64,000 nt of DNA from Eledone cirrhosa. Taxonomy: Eukaryota. The stretch covers positions 17,298,001 through 17,362,000 of the forward strand of contig OZ024742.1 in the NCBI GenBank assembly GCA_964016885.1, given 5' to 3'. Position 1 is the stretch's first letter. Each line of letters opens with the position of its first letter. The notes beneath the pieces are model-generated. The model was not told the origin of the DNA. It did not search any database and saw only the letters and a program-made list of their open reading frames with translations. Of this stretch, positions 1 through 14,128 are shown piece by piece. Made by a program: the position numbers and the translations under genes.

Positions 1-219
1 ACTCTGGTCCACCTGGTTCCTTACCACACTTACCAGAATCAGACAGATCCACACAATGATCGCGTATCGAGCTGTCCGCCGGCGAAACAATTGTAACACA
101 ATAAATTGAGTTCAGATGCATCACTGATATTTCGTTTTCTATTATATCATACTCTGCTCTGTAAGAGCATAGAGTGCTCAACCGGCACTCCGCCTATGGA
201 AGCATCATAGCTACCATCT

Positions 220-1196
<977 letters not shown>

Positions 1197-2273
1197 TAAA
1201 CAGATTGAAAATTAAAATGACTGAAATCGAGTGAAAAGTATGAAACACATTAGTAAAAAGTTAGAATATAAAACTATAAAATGAAACGTGATCTAAAATA
1301 ACTATAATATTTGTCTAAGTAGAAGTAATTTGAGGAAAAAGAAGAATAGTACATTCTTTGTTATAATGTTTGAAATTCAGAATTTATTCTTTGTTTTGCG
1401 GGGATTTTTTTAATGAATCACCAATGAGAAAATCTACAAATAATTTTAGAAAGAAAATATGAGACAAATTTGTACATACTGAATGTTTATAGCTGAAGAC
1501 GAATTACTAGTTTGTAGATTGATACATAACGAAAGAAAGAAAAAATGTGAACAATTGGTAAAATGTTCAATAAGTAAACAGTTGAGGATATTTTAAATAG
1601 AGAGATTAAAAGGTGAGAATTCAAAATATACTAAAAGGTATTATTACATCTAGAATGAATTAAAACAGAAACATATAATTTTAGAAAATAAAAATAAATT
1701 AATTAGTTTTTCCAATGAAATGGAAGTCTGTCGAGCAGTATGGGGTGCCTACTCGTTATATCAGCGTCATAAGTAGGGTTGTATTTAGACCGAGAGGAAG
1801 ACCCAAGATACTTCAGGTTTTTGGATGGGAGTGGGGATCATACACAAAAAAATAGAATTCACAGCAAATCCCCCAATTTTACAAAGTTAGTTTGAGGCAA
1901 GTAATTGGAATTGAAAAATTATAAATTCAAAAATTCTAACCATCCTAAAACTAAAAAACCCAGCTGAAGGAACAAATAAATGTCTATGGCCGTTACTGGT
2001 GGGGCCCTTCACTACAGGGGCCCGAGTCAATTGCCCCATTTGCCTCACATTAAATCCGGCCCTGATGACCCTAACGTGGAAAGTCGTCGAGGTCCCATAT
2101 TGTCACAGTATCATGAATGTATACTATTTACTCCTGCTGAATGTTATCATTAGAAGGTGCGTGATAAAGAGACGACAGAATGTCTTACACGGCGGTCATG
2201 TGTGTGTGTGTGTGTGTGTATGTGTTTGTGCTACCCTTTACGGTGAAGACCCCAGATAACTACTTCTTCTCTC

Positions 2274-2306
<33 letters not shown>

Positions 2307-2925
2307 ATCTGCCACATATATATTCACACTCTCTCATAGTACGTGTATCTTCATTTTGATAAGGATCTTCTACATAGAATATTAAAAAACAAGCAAAAAA
2401 CAACTATAAATTTCTGTTTTATTTAATGGCATTGTCTGCTGTTTATATGTCATTAGACTCTGTATGAAACAATGCTTGAAATTTAGCCTGAAACTTACGT
2501 GTCATATGTCAACAACATCAAACCAGGTGAACACGACGTCTGTGTTTCTTATTGTCTGGTTAATCTATTGCTTTTGTCACCTCCGAGAAAGAAGCGATAT
2601 TAGATGACTGGTTTTATTGGCGGGAAGTCTCTACACATTGTACTTACTGTTTTTACTCATTGATCTCTCTCTTTCTCTCTCTCTCTATCACAGCCCGGCC
2701 CTCATATATAGAAGGTGGATTTAATTAAACATACGGCATATTGCCAATATTGCCAAACATACTATACATACATTCATATTATACATCGCTATTTCAGAGC
2801 ACCAATCCTAATACTATATATATATTTTTTTTTGGATCGATCGACTTTCGTCAAATCGGACCTAGGAAACACTGTTTCCGTTGGTCTTTCCAATTGCTAT
2901 TACTATCTATCGGTCGCAACTCCAG

Positions 2926-3048
2926 GTAGAAGGAGCAACGTGAAATAAAGTGTCTTGCTCAAGGACATAACGCGTCGCCGGGTTCAGGAATCGAACTCAC
3001 AACCTCAAGATTGTGAATCCAATTCTCTAACCACTCTGCCACACGCCT
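2926..3048 (-). mobile_element. tRNA-derived SINE, 5' part
   Basis: Minus strand has A-box TGGCAGAGTGG, B-box GTTCGATTCC, then TGTCCTTGAGCAAGACAC. A partial second head lies at 3612-3662. Confidence 0.75.
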
Positions 3049-3273
3049 TATATATATATATAATAAACTTAGGAAAATTAACAAAGACAAGACAACGAAC
3101 GAAAACAAAACAAAGCGACAACATTTTTTAGAAGGGGAACCTTAAAAATTCCTTTCATTCATTTGAAATCCTATTTTTCCTGGTGATTTCAAATGAAAGG
3201 AACAGTTCTAGTCCTGTAGAAGTTATTGACAACCTAATTTAAATGTGGTCCCTCCCCTTACCAGAAAACCATT

Positions 3274-3276
<3 letters not shown>

Positions 3277-3351
<75 letters not shown>

Positions 3352-3380
3352 CATATATATATACATATATATATATATAC

Positions 3381-3427
<47 letters not shown>

Positions 3428-3487
3428 CATATATATATATATATTTACATATATATATATACATATATATATATATATTTACATATA

Positions 3488-3519
<32 letters not shown>

Positions 3520-3520
3520 C

Positions 3521-3572
<52 letters not shown>

Positions 3573-3586
3573 ACATATATATATAT
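3277..3586. repeat. (TA)n microsatellite with CA interruptions
   Basis: Direct reading. It generates the spurious YI-rich ORFs. Confidence 0.95.
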
Positions 3587-3695
3587 CGACAGTCGATCGA
3601 CTTTCGTCAAATCAACCTCACGATTGTGAATCCAGTTCTCTAACCACTCAGCCACGCGCCTCCACTATAAATATATATATATGTATATGTATATG

Positions 3696-3767
<72 letters not shown>

Positions 3768-5260
3768 TGTGTATTTGTGCGACTGTGTCTGTGTGCGAGT
3801 GTGTTTGTGAGTCTATGTATGTGTGCATGTGTGTTTGTGTGTGTGTATGTGTGTGACGTATATGTATTCATGTACGTATGTATATATGTATGCTTGTATG
3901 TATGTAGTTATGTATGTATGTATACATGAGTCTATGTAAGTATGTATGCATGTATGTATATACTGTATAGAGATAATCCTTTAACTGGTGTGGTGTAGTC
4001 TATAACATAATTGTGAGTGAAGTCAATGAAATATTAGATTTGATTAAACTAACTACACACCTCACGCAAACTATATGGCCTTCACAGCAATGTTTATAAA
4101 ATCGATAGCACAAGTATGAGAGCACGCTTATGCATGTGCCTGTTGCATAACTACGCTGAATTCATTCAGAGAGAAAATAAAACATTTATTTATGTATTCA
4201 TTTGTATTTCTATAGTATATTACTGTGATACTGTATAATTGTAAAGTGTGTTGATAGCTATAGTTCTACAGTTCCGAGTTTCAAACTTACTTAAGTATTA
4301 GTAGTTTCAGTGTGTGTGTGAGCCCGTGAAATATATACATATACACTAGGTCCGAACACAAAGGAACCAAACCCCCACTGTCACTGTCTCTCCCACTCTC
4401 CCCATCTCTCATATACACCAGGTCCAAACACAAAGGAACCAAACTCCCACTGTCACTGCCTCTGTCTCTCTCACTCTCCTCATCTCTCACTATTATGAGC
4501 AAATAGGGACATATACGGACGGAATAGAGAAGCCTTTCTCCGAAGGATTGTGAGTGAGATACGCTGGAAGAGCCATTACAGCTCGCAAACCTACTCAAGT
4601 ATTAGTAGCAAATATCTCCCGTAGAATCACTGTATGTAGAACTTTTCAATTCCAATTACTTGCACCAAGCTAACTTTGATATGTAAAATTGGGGGAGCAG
4701 GGGTTGCTGTGTATTCTAACTTTTGTCGATGATCCCCCCCCCCCCACCACCTGAAGCTCCGCAGGCTCCACAAGGTCTAAATCCAACCCTAACCTCGGTT
4801 TGGATTTGAACTGAGAAGGTAAAAGGTAAAGGGTCGTAACTCTATGACGAAAATCACGTTGCCGGAAGCTCTACCGATACTGCCAATCTACTGCCCTAGT
4901 GTTATAATCATGCTTATCGAAAAGTTGAGATGCGGGGAAATTATATTTGAGCGATCGTAGTAAATATATTGTATAATTTCATAGTTTTTCCGTATATATT
5001 ATATTTGCAGAGTGTTAGCATGTCTCTTTCTTTCCCTGAACACAAGCATTTCGAGATTACTACTTAGACATATAGTAATATAGTAATATTAAAATGTGGA
5101 CGTATGATTATGGATAAATAGGATTATGGATATATATCCAAACATATGTTCTTGGTAGAGAAGCTGCAGACTTCGAAGCAATTGTCAATACATTTCCTCT
5201 TTCTCATTGACTTGAAAAAACAAATGTGCACATTCGTTGGGGAATTGACCAGAGCATAGT

Positions 5261-5359
<99 letters not shown>

Positions 5360-6295
5360 ATACATATATGTATATGTATATATATATATATATGTAATAT
5401 CTATTCCTGGTATATTATGCTTGCATTTTCTAGGAAATTTGATGCAAACTTTCCATCAATATTCCTTGTCTTCAAGCATATAAGCATATCAATCTACTCA
5501 GTGTTAGATATTTTTCATATTCCCATGCCCTTTTTCTTCCGTTTGTTTGGTTGGCTTTTTTTCGTACGAATGGCATTCTATAATGCTTTAACAAGTTATT
5601 GTTTCAGTCTTACCATCTAAGAATGTTGCACTCTGTTGGGCTTTTGCGGCTTTTGCTTATATTTTTAATATCTTACAAATATGTGATATAATCGACATTT
5701 TCGCTCATATTTTCGATTTAATAATTTCAATTCATCATTTTCTCAGCAGGTATTTTATAGCCAATGGCTGATCTAGGATTGCAAAGATATATAAATTTAC
5801 GCTTCCCTTTACTATTGGTATTACTCTCACGTTTTAGAGAAACAAAACCATGTGTAACGGCTTCTTAGAGTGTTTAAGTTTTAGGTCTTGGTTGCTGTTC
5901 TCATTACATTTGAATTATTGGTGAAAGTATTTGGTGCTGTTGCTTGTCACTTGATCTCCGAGTTACAAACTACGAAATTCAAATCCTGCCTGGTTAATTA
6001 TTAAGCCCCCCCCCCTTCGATCTTTGCTTCTAAAATAAATTGTATTTGTGTGAAGGCTTCTAGTTGGTGTCTCGATATGGCAGGGTTTTATATGACTGGT
6101 GTTATAGTTCCTCCAATATGGCCGTGTTAGCTACTTTAACTTTGGGACCAGTACTTGTAATACAAATGTATTCTGGGATAGTAGTCTTATTGTAAGGGGG
6201 AAGCTACAACTGATTCAAAGCAGATATATAGGCCCTTGATCACCCTATCATTGATTCTAAAGGCTAAAATCTGTCTCGAGACTGGAGGCTCATCA

Positions 6296-6470
6296 GACCG
6301 GTGCTTACATCGGTTTCTGTGGCATGAAGCGACTGAGAGTACAAGACTCCCCCTTGGAGAGGACGCCAGTCCATCGCAGGGTTAGACATCCAGCTATTGC
6401 TGGTACTCATTTTCAACTGAGTATACTGGAGTAACGTGAAATGAGGTATTTTGCTCTAGAACACAGCACG
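6296..6470 (-). mobile_element. SINE body fragment (V-SINE-like central motif)
   Basis: Minus strand contains CCCTGCGATGGACTGGCGTCC and shares the GAGxAACGTGAAAT segment with the SINE at 2926-3048. Confidence 0.55.
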
Positions 6471-7365
6471 TATTAATTAGAAAACAGTTATTGGATACTT
6501 TGGCCACTGTCTAGAAATTGTATTTATTTATATATTCATTTAGACTTTTTAAAAGTTCGCATGGTGTTAGTAAACCATGGCAGACTAAGAGAGGTACCGA
6601 ATACCATTTATTATCTAAAACCTAAAAAAACGACAGAGAGAGATTGAATAAGGAAAATACAGAGAAGGAAAAAAAGAACCAAAAGAAAAGAAAAAAAAAG
6701 AACATTTGTGAAAAAAAAACAAGTACAACAATAATTGTTTATACTTTTTGGCACAAGGCCAGCAATTACCCAGTACATTACTGGTACTTTATTTTATCGA
6801 CCCAGTACAACAAGTTCAACAATAATGAAGTTAAATATTTTTGTTAGTAAATGTTTTTGCAGCTTCCATTCCCAAGAAGATCTTGTTTATCGGTGGTAGA
6901 TCATGGAAAAAATATTGCACCCCCAATCTTGGTAGCGTTTTAAAGACCAGCTTCAAGATGTCTTTTCTCTAAGAGTATTTACTCATTCTGTGGAACAAGG
7001 AAGATAGTGAGTTTCTTTTGGATAGAAGGTGTTTCCAAATTCGTATATTACATATGAATATTTCCTACGGTCAAATTTCCTTTGCAGCTGAAATTGTTTT
7101 GAAATCTAGTTTCTCAGCATTGTAAATATTTTCACATTATATGTATGCATGATTATATCACTATAAACATTCCATGCGCTTAATTAATTATATAGAGAAA
7201 TATATGTAGCTGATAATGTAAATAAATATGAATATAAATACTTGAATGATTCAATATTTACGCATAGTTGCGTCAACGAACATATCGTGTAAATGATAAT
7301 GTAAAGATTAAATAATTGTTAATTGTATAAAAGGAATGCTCATAAGTATATATATTGAAACATAA

Positions 7366-7498
7366 GCATGGATATGTGTTTAAGAAGTTCGCTTCGCAAT
7401 GTATGGCACTTTAAGCAGGTATCTTCCTCTATAGCCTTGGATTAATCAGTGCCTGTTAAATGAAATTTGGTAGATGGAAATTATACAGAAGCCCGTCG
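7366..7498 (+). mobile_element. Degenerate SINE fragment
   Basis: ...TCTATAGCCTTGG...TTTGGTAGATGGAAA..CAGAAGCCCGTCG resembles an abundant octopus SINE as I recall it. Likely 3' parts of the same family lie at ~34265-34400 (-) and ~60410-60545 (+). Confidence 0.45.
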
Positions 7499-7513
7499 AA
7501 CGCGCGTGCACAT

Positions 7514-7582
<69 letters not shown>

Positions 7583-7675
7583 ATATATATATTAAATATA
7601 TATATATATATTATATATATAGATATATTATATATATATATTATATATATATATATATTATATATATATATATAT

Positions 7676-7707
<32 letters not shown>

Positions 7708-7816
7708 ATATTATATATAGTGCTAGAACACTGGAAGGTAATATCCGTAGTGGTAGAGCACTCAGTCCATGGGACGAGTTAGGTAGAAGTGGTTACACAA
7801 CAATTAGTTCACCATA

Positions 7817-7856
7817 ACGAGAACAATTCTTTCACCTTAGCGGATCCTCATCTCGT
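7817..7856 (-). ncRNA. Degenerate hammerhead ribozyme in PLE pLTR
   Basis: ACGAG-ATGAGGA-TCC GCTAA GGT-GAAA-GAATTG-TT^CTCGT; core C3 is changed to A. Confidence 0.6.
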
Positions 7857-8043
7857 AATGAAAATGGTTATACGGAACAGGAAGGACAACCGTACGAACG
7901 CGCATGTGCAGAAACGATCACTTCACACAGGCTATACTAAATTGCCTGCGAGAGGTGTAAGGGAGATAACTACGAAAGACCGAAAGTTTCTAGTTGATAA
8001 GAAAATTACGATGTTGTTGTAATTCAATCCGGAGCTTTGTAGT

Positions 8044-8545
8044 TATGTAAGGGGTGTTTCCAGACGTGTGGACAACGTGTGAAGAATTCATTGCTCGTGT
8101 TTAGGCAATCACTATTGCGTAATCTCTTTAGAATATTTATTCGTTCATCAATACATAGTCCACACGACGGATTGCCCCTTGCGTATGGCTTGGACTTAGT
8201 GATGGCTTTCCAATGGATGGAGTAGTCTATACTTGAGTCCTTGAGAGACCATACGTGTCTCGCGAGTTTTATGGGTACCTAAAGGTCGACTGGTGGTTCA
8301 GGAAGCGTTTATTAAATTGGCCCTCCGACATACTCACATAGGATTTTACCTCCTGTGGTTGATTTGGTCGGTTGGAAGTGACCACAGCTTCATAAACTAC
8401 AGCGGGTTTATTGCATTGCTGTTGTAGGGGACAAACTTCGGGTTTACGTCAAGAGCACCCTGGTGGGGTCTTGCTCTTAGGGCTGTTGGTGATGTGGACC
8501 TTCATGTTCTTAGCGCAGGAGTATCCTAGTTTTACTTTGTGTCGG
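8044..8545 (-). pseudogene. Penelope-type GIY-YIG endonuclease domain (disrupted)
   Basis: Manual translation: RHKVKLGYSCAKNM...GCS*RKPEVCPLQQQCNKPAVVYEAVV...KSYVSMSEGQFNKRFLNHQSTF...HVWSLK..IDYSIHW..CGLCIDERINI...CLNTSNEFFTRCPH. This is the Cys-rich linker plus VVY/Y(I)G pattern of PLE endonucleases; it contains stops and a frameshift. Confidence 0.8.
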
Positions 8546-8890
8546 TTAAAGAAGGAACGCTTCCTGAACCACCAGTCGACCTTTAGGTACCCGGACAGAC
8601 ATTACATCGCCCCGCCGTCAAGCAAGTGGCGTGAATAGGGTTATCGGCAGCTAGAAATAGCAGCCGAGTCCTTTCGAAGGGGAATGTAGTCTTGACAACC
8701 GCTTACAAGTGATAAACGGCACCATCGATTACTCCGTTTTGCTCTGCCGAGACTAGGTATGTGACGTTAGTCACTGCTTTTAAATCCATAGCCAATAGCT
8801 TTCAAAATGTGTTTAAATAAACATATAGTATATTATTAAATATACCCTACGTACATTCATATATACAGCGGTATTTCAGGGCACCAATAC

Positions 8891-8961
<71 letters not shown>

Positions 8962-8963
<2 letters not shown>

Positions 8964-9090
8964 TTTATCCCGGGTTCAATCGGGGGTAACACAGTAAGTT
9001 ACTCAATACAAAGCAGAGGCTTCCAGTTGATTTCTCAGGAGTGAAACAGTTCTAGTCTTGTAGAAGCTTTTCTATATTAAATATATAAAT
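8962..9090 (+). mobile_element. Short (TA)n-associated element family B with degenerate hammerhead
   Basis: An inverted 3' piece is followed by ...GTGAAACAGTTCTAGTC^TTGTAGAAG. Other copies lie at ~3180-3222, ~10733-10765, 55311-55440 (-), 58165-58304 (hairpin) and 58385-58482. Confidence 0.6.
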
Positions 9091-9132
9091 ATATATTCAC
9101 AAGTGTTTTTTAACCTTCATATCATGTCTCCC

Positions 9133-9203
9133 TATTTTATCTGACGAAAACGCAAATGTCATCGCATGATGATATTTGTTTTTGAAATGCGCATAATAAA
9201 ATA
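9133..9203 (+). ncRNA. Type I hammerhead ribozyme (intact core)
   Basis: TATTTTAT-CTGACGA-[AAACGCAAATGTCATC GCAT GATGATATTTGTTTTT]-GAAA-TGCGCA-TA^ATAAAATA. 8-bp stem I, long stem II, palindromic stem III. Confidence 0.85.
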
Positions 9204-10177
9204 CATGGAACTCTTTTAACCATCTTTTGATCTTGAATATTTATCAATTAAGCAATATAAACCACGATTAGATGTTTAGGAGTTACATTCTGCAAAAAGT
9301 CCCGTACCACTACACGTGGCTACTGCTAGGAAACGTACGCACACACACACGTGTAGACAACATTATAGTAATACACTTATTTTTGCACGCAGATATTTGG
9401 CCTGCCATGTGTCTTAATGCAAATGGTGTCCTAGGACTGTTGTAGTAATATAAAAAGTGCCATTGACCTTTAAATCTGCTGAATCCAATCCTTTTCCGTG
9501 TTTGAACAATTTTTTCCAGAGAAAGTGCGATAGGGAATGTGTCAGATATATAGAGATAGAATCATCTTGACTGCTTCTTCATTTATGGTCCTCCAAATGA
9601 TGAAAGTCGAAGTTAACCTCGGAATAATTTTAATTCAGGGTGAAGAGAGGCAGAACAAATAGCACGAAATATTCTCACCTAACATTCTAATAAGGTCCTT
9701 TATTTACCTTTACCTTACACTATCTCCTAATTTGCTAAATTCTTTTCAATTAAAATTTAGATTATTTAAAACATTTCCCACTTCTTTATTCATATTATTT
9801 AATGTGAATTTTCATGCTAAATAATCATCAAATTTTAAATTTATATTTATGTTGAAATTTTCAAATTATTCTAATGTTATTCGTAATTATCTCTATTCGT
9901 GCATTATTCAGTTTATACTCATTTTTACGGATGTATAACTAATTCATATGTAATTATTATCGAAGTGTATGGATGTAGACAGACAGAAAACGTGTGACGG
10001 GTATGTATAGACAAATATATAGATATGCAGATAGAGGCACTGAGATAAGTAACATATACAAATACTAATAGTCTGCTTCTAAGATCTTCCAATTTTATTA
10101 TCCATTATATTTATCTCTGAATTATTCATCTTAATCCATAATGTATATCTAGTTCGTACGTCTTCATGTTCATTTCT

Positions 10178-10216
<39 letters not shown>

Positions 10217-10764
10217 TGAGAAGAAAGAGGAATACTGCGTGGTTGCTCATGGGTTACATATTATTAAATTAGTCCCTCGTCAATGATTTGCCAACCATCA
10301 TTGGTATTTCATCGCATTAAAAATCATATACCTCAGGTTTGTGCGAGCAATAACTAAAAAAACTATTGGGACAAGTGAGTCGCGTAAAGCGAGTGAGACA
10401 AGTAAACAACATAGAAGGATAAAAGAAAACCGAAGATAGGAAAAAAAACAAGCAACATGGTTATCCGATCAGCATAAACTGGGTGAATTTCATGAGCGTT
10501 CAGAATACAGACCGTCCGACGTGAATGAGATGTGAGCAAGAAAGGACCCCACTACAAACGAAACGGGAGGAAGTGAGAAGGGGAGAAACAGAGAGTGAGT
10601 GAGTGGAAGTGCGAGGAAGAGGTCAGTTGAGAGAAAGTGTAACTGACAGAGGGGGCTAAAGAAGGTGAGAGAAACAGAGAGAACGGGGGAGCAGTACTAG
10701 TACTGAATGAACGGGGGAGCAGGACTAGTACTGAATGAAACAGTACTAGTCCTGTAGAAGCTCC

Positions 10765-10804
<40 letters not shown>

Positions 10805-10805
<1 letters not shown>

Positions 10806-11252
10806 AAAAAAAAGGTAAAATCGAAAATACAACTAGAGTCTTTTTTTTTTGAAATATATATTTATTTCGTTGGTTGGTGAATAAGTATAATAAATTTCGC
10901 GGCAGTTCGCGTTTCAAAGTTCTTATTATATTTGCCTGGCGCGAAATTTATTATACTTATTCACCAACCAACCAAATTACTTCTCTAAAACCTAGCATTT
11001 CGAGCCACTTTTTTCCATATAAAACAGAAGTAACATTCAACCACCAACCATATGTGAGAAAAACCACAAACCCTCCTACTCAATTCTACTTTTGAAAAGC
11101 AGAAGAAATGCGAAACCGGTAAACGAGCAAAATAAATATATATTTTTAAAAAAAAAGACTCCAGTTGCATTTTCAATATCATCTTTTTTCCTTATCCTTT
11201 CACTCGTGAAGGACACGTCGTTTCTTTTTCATTTGGTAAAAAAAAACCTCAC

Positions 11253-11260
<8 letters not shown>
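10805..11260. mobile_element. Unclassified repeat with internal inverted repeat, between (TA)n tracts
   Basis: 10864-10901 is inverted at ~10940-10978. ~11050-11260 is the reverse complement of a copy at ~31285-31470. Confidence 0.55.
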
Positions 11261-11305
<45 letters not shown>

Positions 11306-11398
11306 AAGAGAGAGAGAGAGAGTGAGAGAGAAAGAGAGAGAGAGAGGGAGAGAGAGAGAGAGAGAGATTGGTAAATATATGAATCGATAGATGGCTAT

Positions 11399-12010
11399 AT
11401 GGTAGCTGCCAACTCGTTTTCGAGTACGGCCACTACTTTATATCCATGTAGGAGAACCCCTACCGATGCGCTGAACGAGTGTGACTTTTTAGTCCCGCCA
11501 GCGACTTGAAAACTCTGGTACAAACACTACACCTGTGACAACTATTGACACATAGTGCTGGGCCCATGGTACCATGTGACGACAAGTGCAGAGAGATCTC
11601 CAGATATAAAGCAATGCCTGTGCCGTGAAGCTTTTATAGTGAGCAAAGGCACTGCACAAAGCCAGTCCCACTCTCTTAACCAAGATGATATTTACCAAAA
11701 AGAAGAACAAGTCAACATCATTGGATACCATCAGGGTTGCAGGTGTTATATCAGAGTTTTCCTTCTCCTAGAATTCTGCCTTGACAAAGGCTAAGGGGTC
11801 ATCTCTCCCGGTGAATTTGGATGGCCATTGACTCTTAAGAGCTCCTTTGCCCTTTGACAGGTTTTGTTTTTAGTCCTGCAGGATGTCCAAAGTCACCCTC
11901 CTCACCAAGAAACCTTGGTGGGGTTGCCAGTTTAGTCGCCAACGACCCGACCATGGGACAGTTTGTAATGGGATACATGTTACCAGTAGCACCAACTGGT
12001 GACCTGACAT
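11399..12010 (-). mobile_element. RTE-derived non-autonomous element, copy 1
   Basis: The 3' part encodes a remnant C2H2 motif and ends GGCCGTACTCGAAAACGAG...CAGC, typical of RTE 3' ends. Near-identical to copy 2. Confidence 0.65.
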
Positions 12011-12130
12011 AGTATATATACATATATATATACATATATACATACATATATACCTATATATATACATATATACACATATACATACACATATATATATATA
12101 TATATATACACATATATATATATATATATT

Positions 12131-12196
<66 letters not shown>

Positions 12197-12335
12197 TACA
12201 TATATACATAAACACATATATACATATATACATATACATATATATATATACATATACATATATATATATACATATACATATATATATACACATATATATA
12301 TATACATATATATACATACATATATATATCTATAT

Positions 12336-12951
12336 ATGGTGGCTGCCAACTCGTTTTCGAGTACGGCCACTACTTTACATCCATGTAGGATAACCCCTAC
12401 CGAAGCGCTGAACGAGTGTGACTTTTTAGTCCAGCCAGCGACTTGAAACCTCTGGTACAAACACTACACCTGTGACAATTATTGACACATAGTGCTAGGC
12501 CCATGGTAGGACAATTATTGACACATAGTGCTGGGCCCATGTGAGGACAAGTGCAGAGAGATCTCCAGATATAAAGCAATGCCTGTGCCGTGAAGCTTTT
12601 ATAGTGAGCAAAGGCACTGCACAAAGCCAGTCCCACTCTCTTAACCAAGATGCTATTTACCAAAAAGAAGAACAAGTCAACATCATTGGATACCATCAGG
12701 GTTGCAGGTGTTATATCAGAGTTTTCCTTCTCCTAGAATTCTGCCTTGACTAAGGCTAAAGGGGTCATCTCTCCCGGTGATTTTGGATGGCCATTGACTC
12801 TTAAGAGCTCCTTTGCCCTTTGACAGGTTTTGTTTTTAGTCCTGCAGGATGTCCAAAGTCACCCTCCTCACCAAGAAACCTTGGTGGGGTTGCCAGTTTA
12901 GTCGCCAACGACCCGACCATGAGACAGGTTGTACTGGGATACATGTTACCA
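12336..12951 (-). mobile_element. RTE-derived non-autonomous element, copy 2
   Basis: Direct repeat of 11399-12010. Minus-strand [22 protein letters not shown]. Has a ~35-bp internal duplication and is ~25 bp shorter at the 5' end. Confidence 0.65.
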
Positions 12952-13131
12952 TATCTATATATACATATATATATACATACATATATATATACATATATAT
13001 ATATATATATGGTGGCTATATAGATACATACATACACACATACATATATACACACATACATGCATATATACATACATACATAATGTACTTCATTTGTGAA
13101 CTAAATTTACAGAATTAATTCTGTACAGTAC

Positions 13132-13256
<125 letters not shown>

Positions 13257-13800
13257 ATAGCCAGTTGTTGAATAATACTAATTATTACACGTGGTGCCTG
13301 TTTCAGCACCAAATGCTTTTACGTGAATTAGATATTCGGTGTTAAAATGTGTTAACACCGACACCAGCTGTTCGCTATTGGCCTAATATTCTGATTGATT
13401 ACATTAATAAAGTTGTTGCAGTTTCAGTTCAACGTGGTTTATTTGTAATCATGCGGCAAACATGATTCACAAATGACCAGCTTGAAACTTTCATCTAGGA
13501 TCGATTTCCTCATCAGATACAATAAATATTAGAATCATAATATGAAAATTTCTGAAATCAGATGTTCATTTATTGATGTTCCCATACCCGACAAATGATA
13601 CATATCTGAGAGAGATTACCTTAGTCTAATCTCCATTGAATTTGATGAGCAAATCTCTCCTAGAGACAAGCTGATAGTAATCCATTAATGAACTAACAGC
13701 GAAACATATGTTATACGTGATTGGTAATAAAATATTTTGAACTAAAAACATAGATTTCTTTCTTAATGTAAAGCATATATATATACTTACACACACACAC

Positions 13801-13893
<93 letters not shown>

Positions 13894-14128
13894 TAGATAG
13901 ATAGATAGATAGATTTCTTTATTTACCATAAAGGCATAAAAAGAAGGGACAGATACGAAGGGGGAGTTTACATAAAATCGAGTAAAAAGGGTATAAAATG
14001 AAAATAATCGAAAATAACCTCAAAAGGGAGGGGACGTGATGGGGGATGCACACACACCCGAAAAAGTGTGCAATCCTTTGCCCGGGGAGCACATGGAGAA
14101 GGTGCTCCCCTCTCCTTCACTTCTTTAC

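Larger units (their letters stand above)
7720..8640 (-). mobile_element. Penelope-like element 3' fragment (GIY-YIG endonuclease plus pLTR) with inverted 5' piece
   Basis: Minus-strand PLE endonuclease translation (next feature), downstream degenerate hammerhead at 7817-7856, ends at (TA)n. 8273-8309 is inverted at 8556-8592. Confidence 0.8.

Noticed and set aside
1775-2063. Possible MITE with AGGG(T/C)(T/C)G.ATTTA termini
   Set aside because: The inverted termini are short and mismatched and no target-site duplication is evident, so it is not listed as a feature.
2056-2095. CTGATGA...GAAA possible hammerhead
   Set aside because: Stems I-III cannot be convincingly paired.
2835-2875. Minus-strand GAAAGTCGATCGA palindrome (also ~3590-3612) as a hammerhead half
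   Set aside because: There is no CTGANGA box upstream.
2926-3048. tRNA gene
   Set aside because: It has A/B boxes but continues into a SINE body, and no full cloverleaf could be formed.
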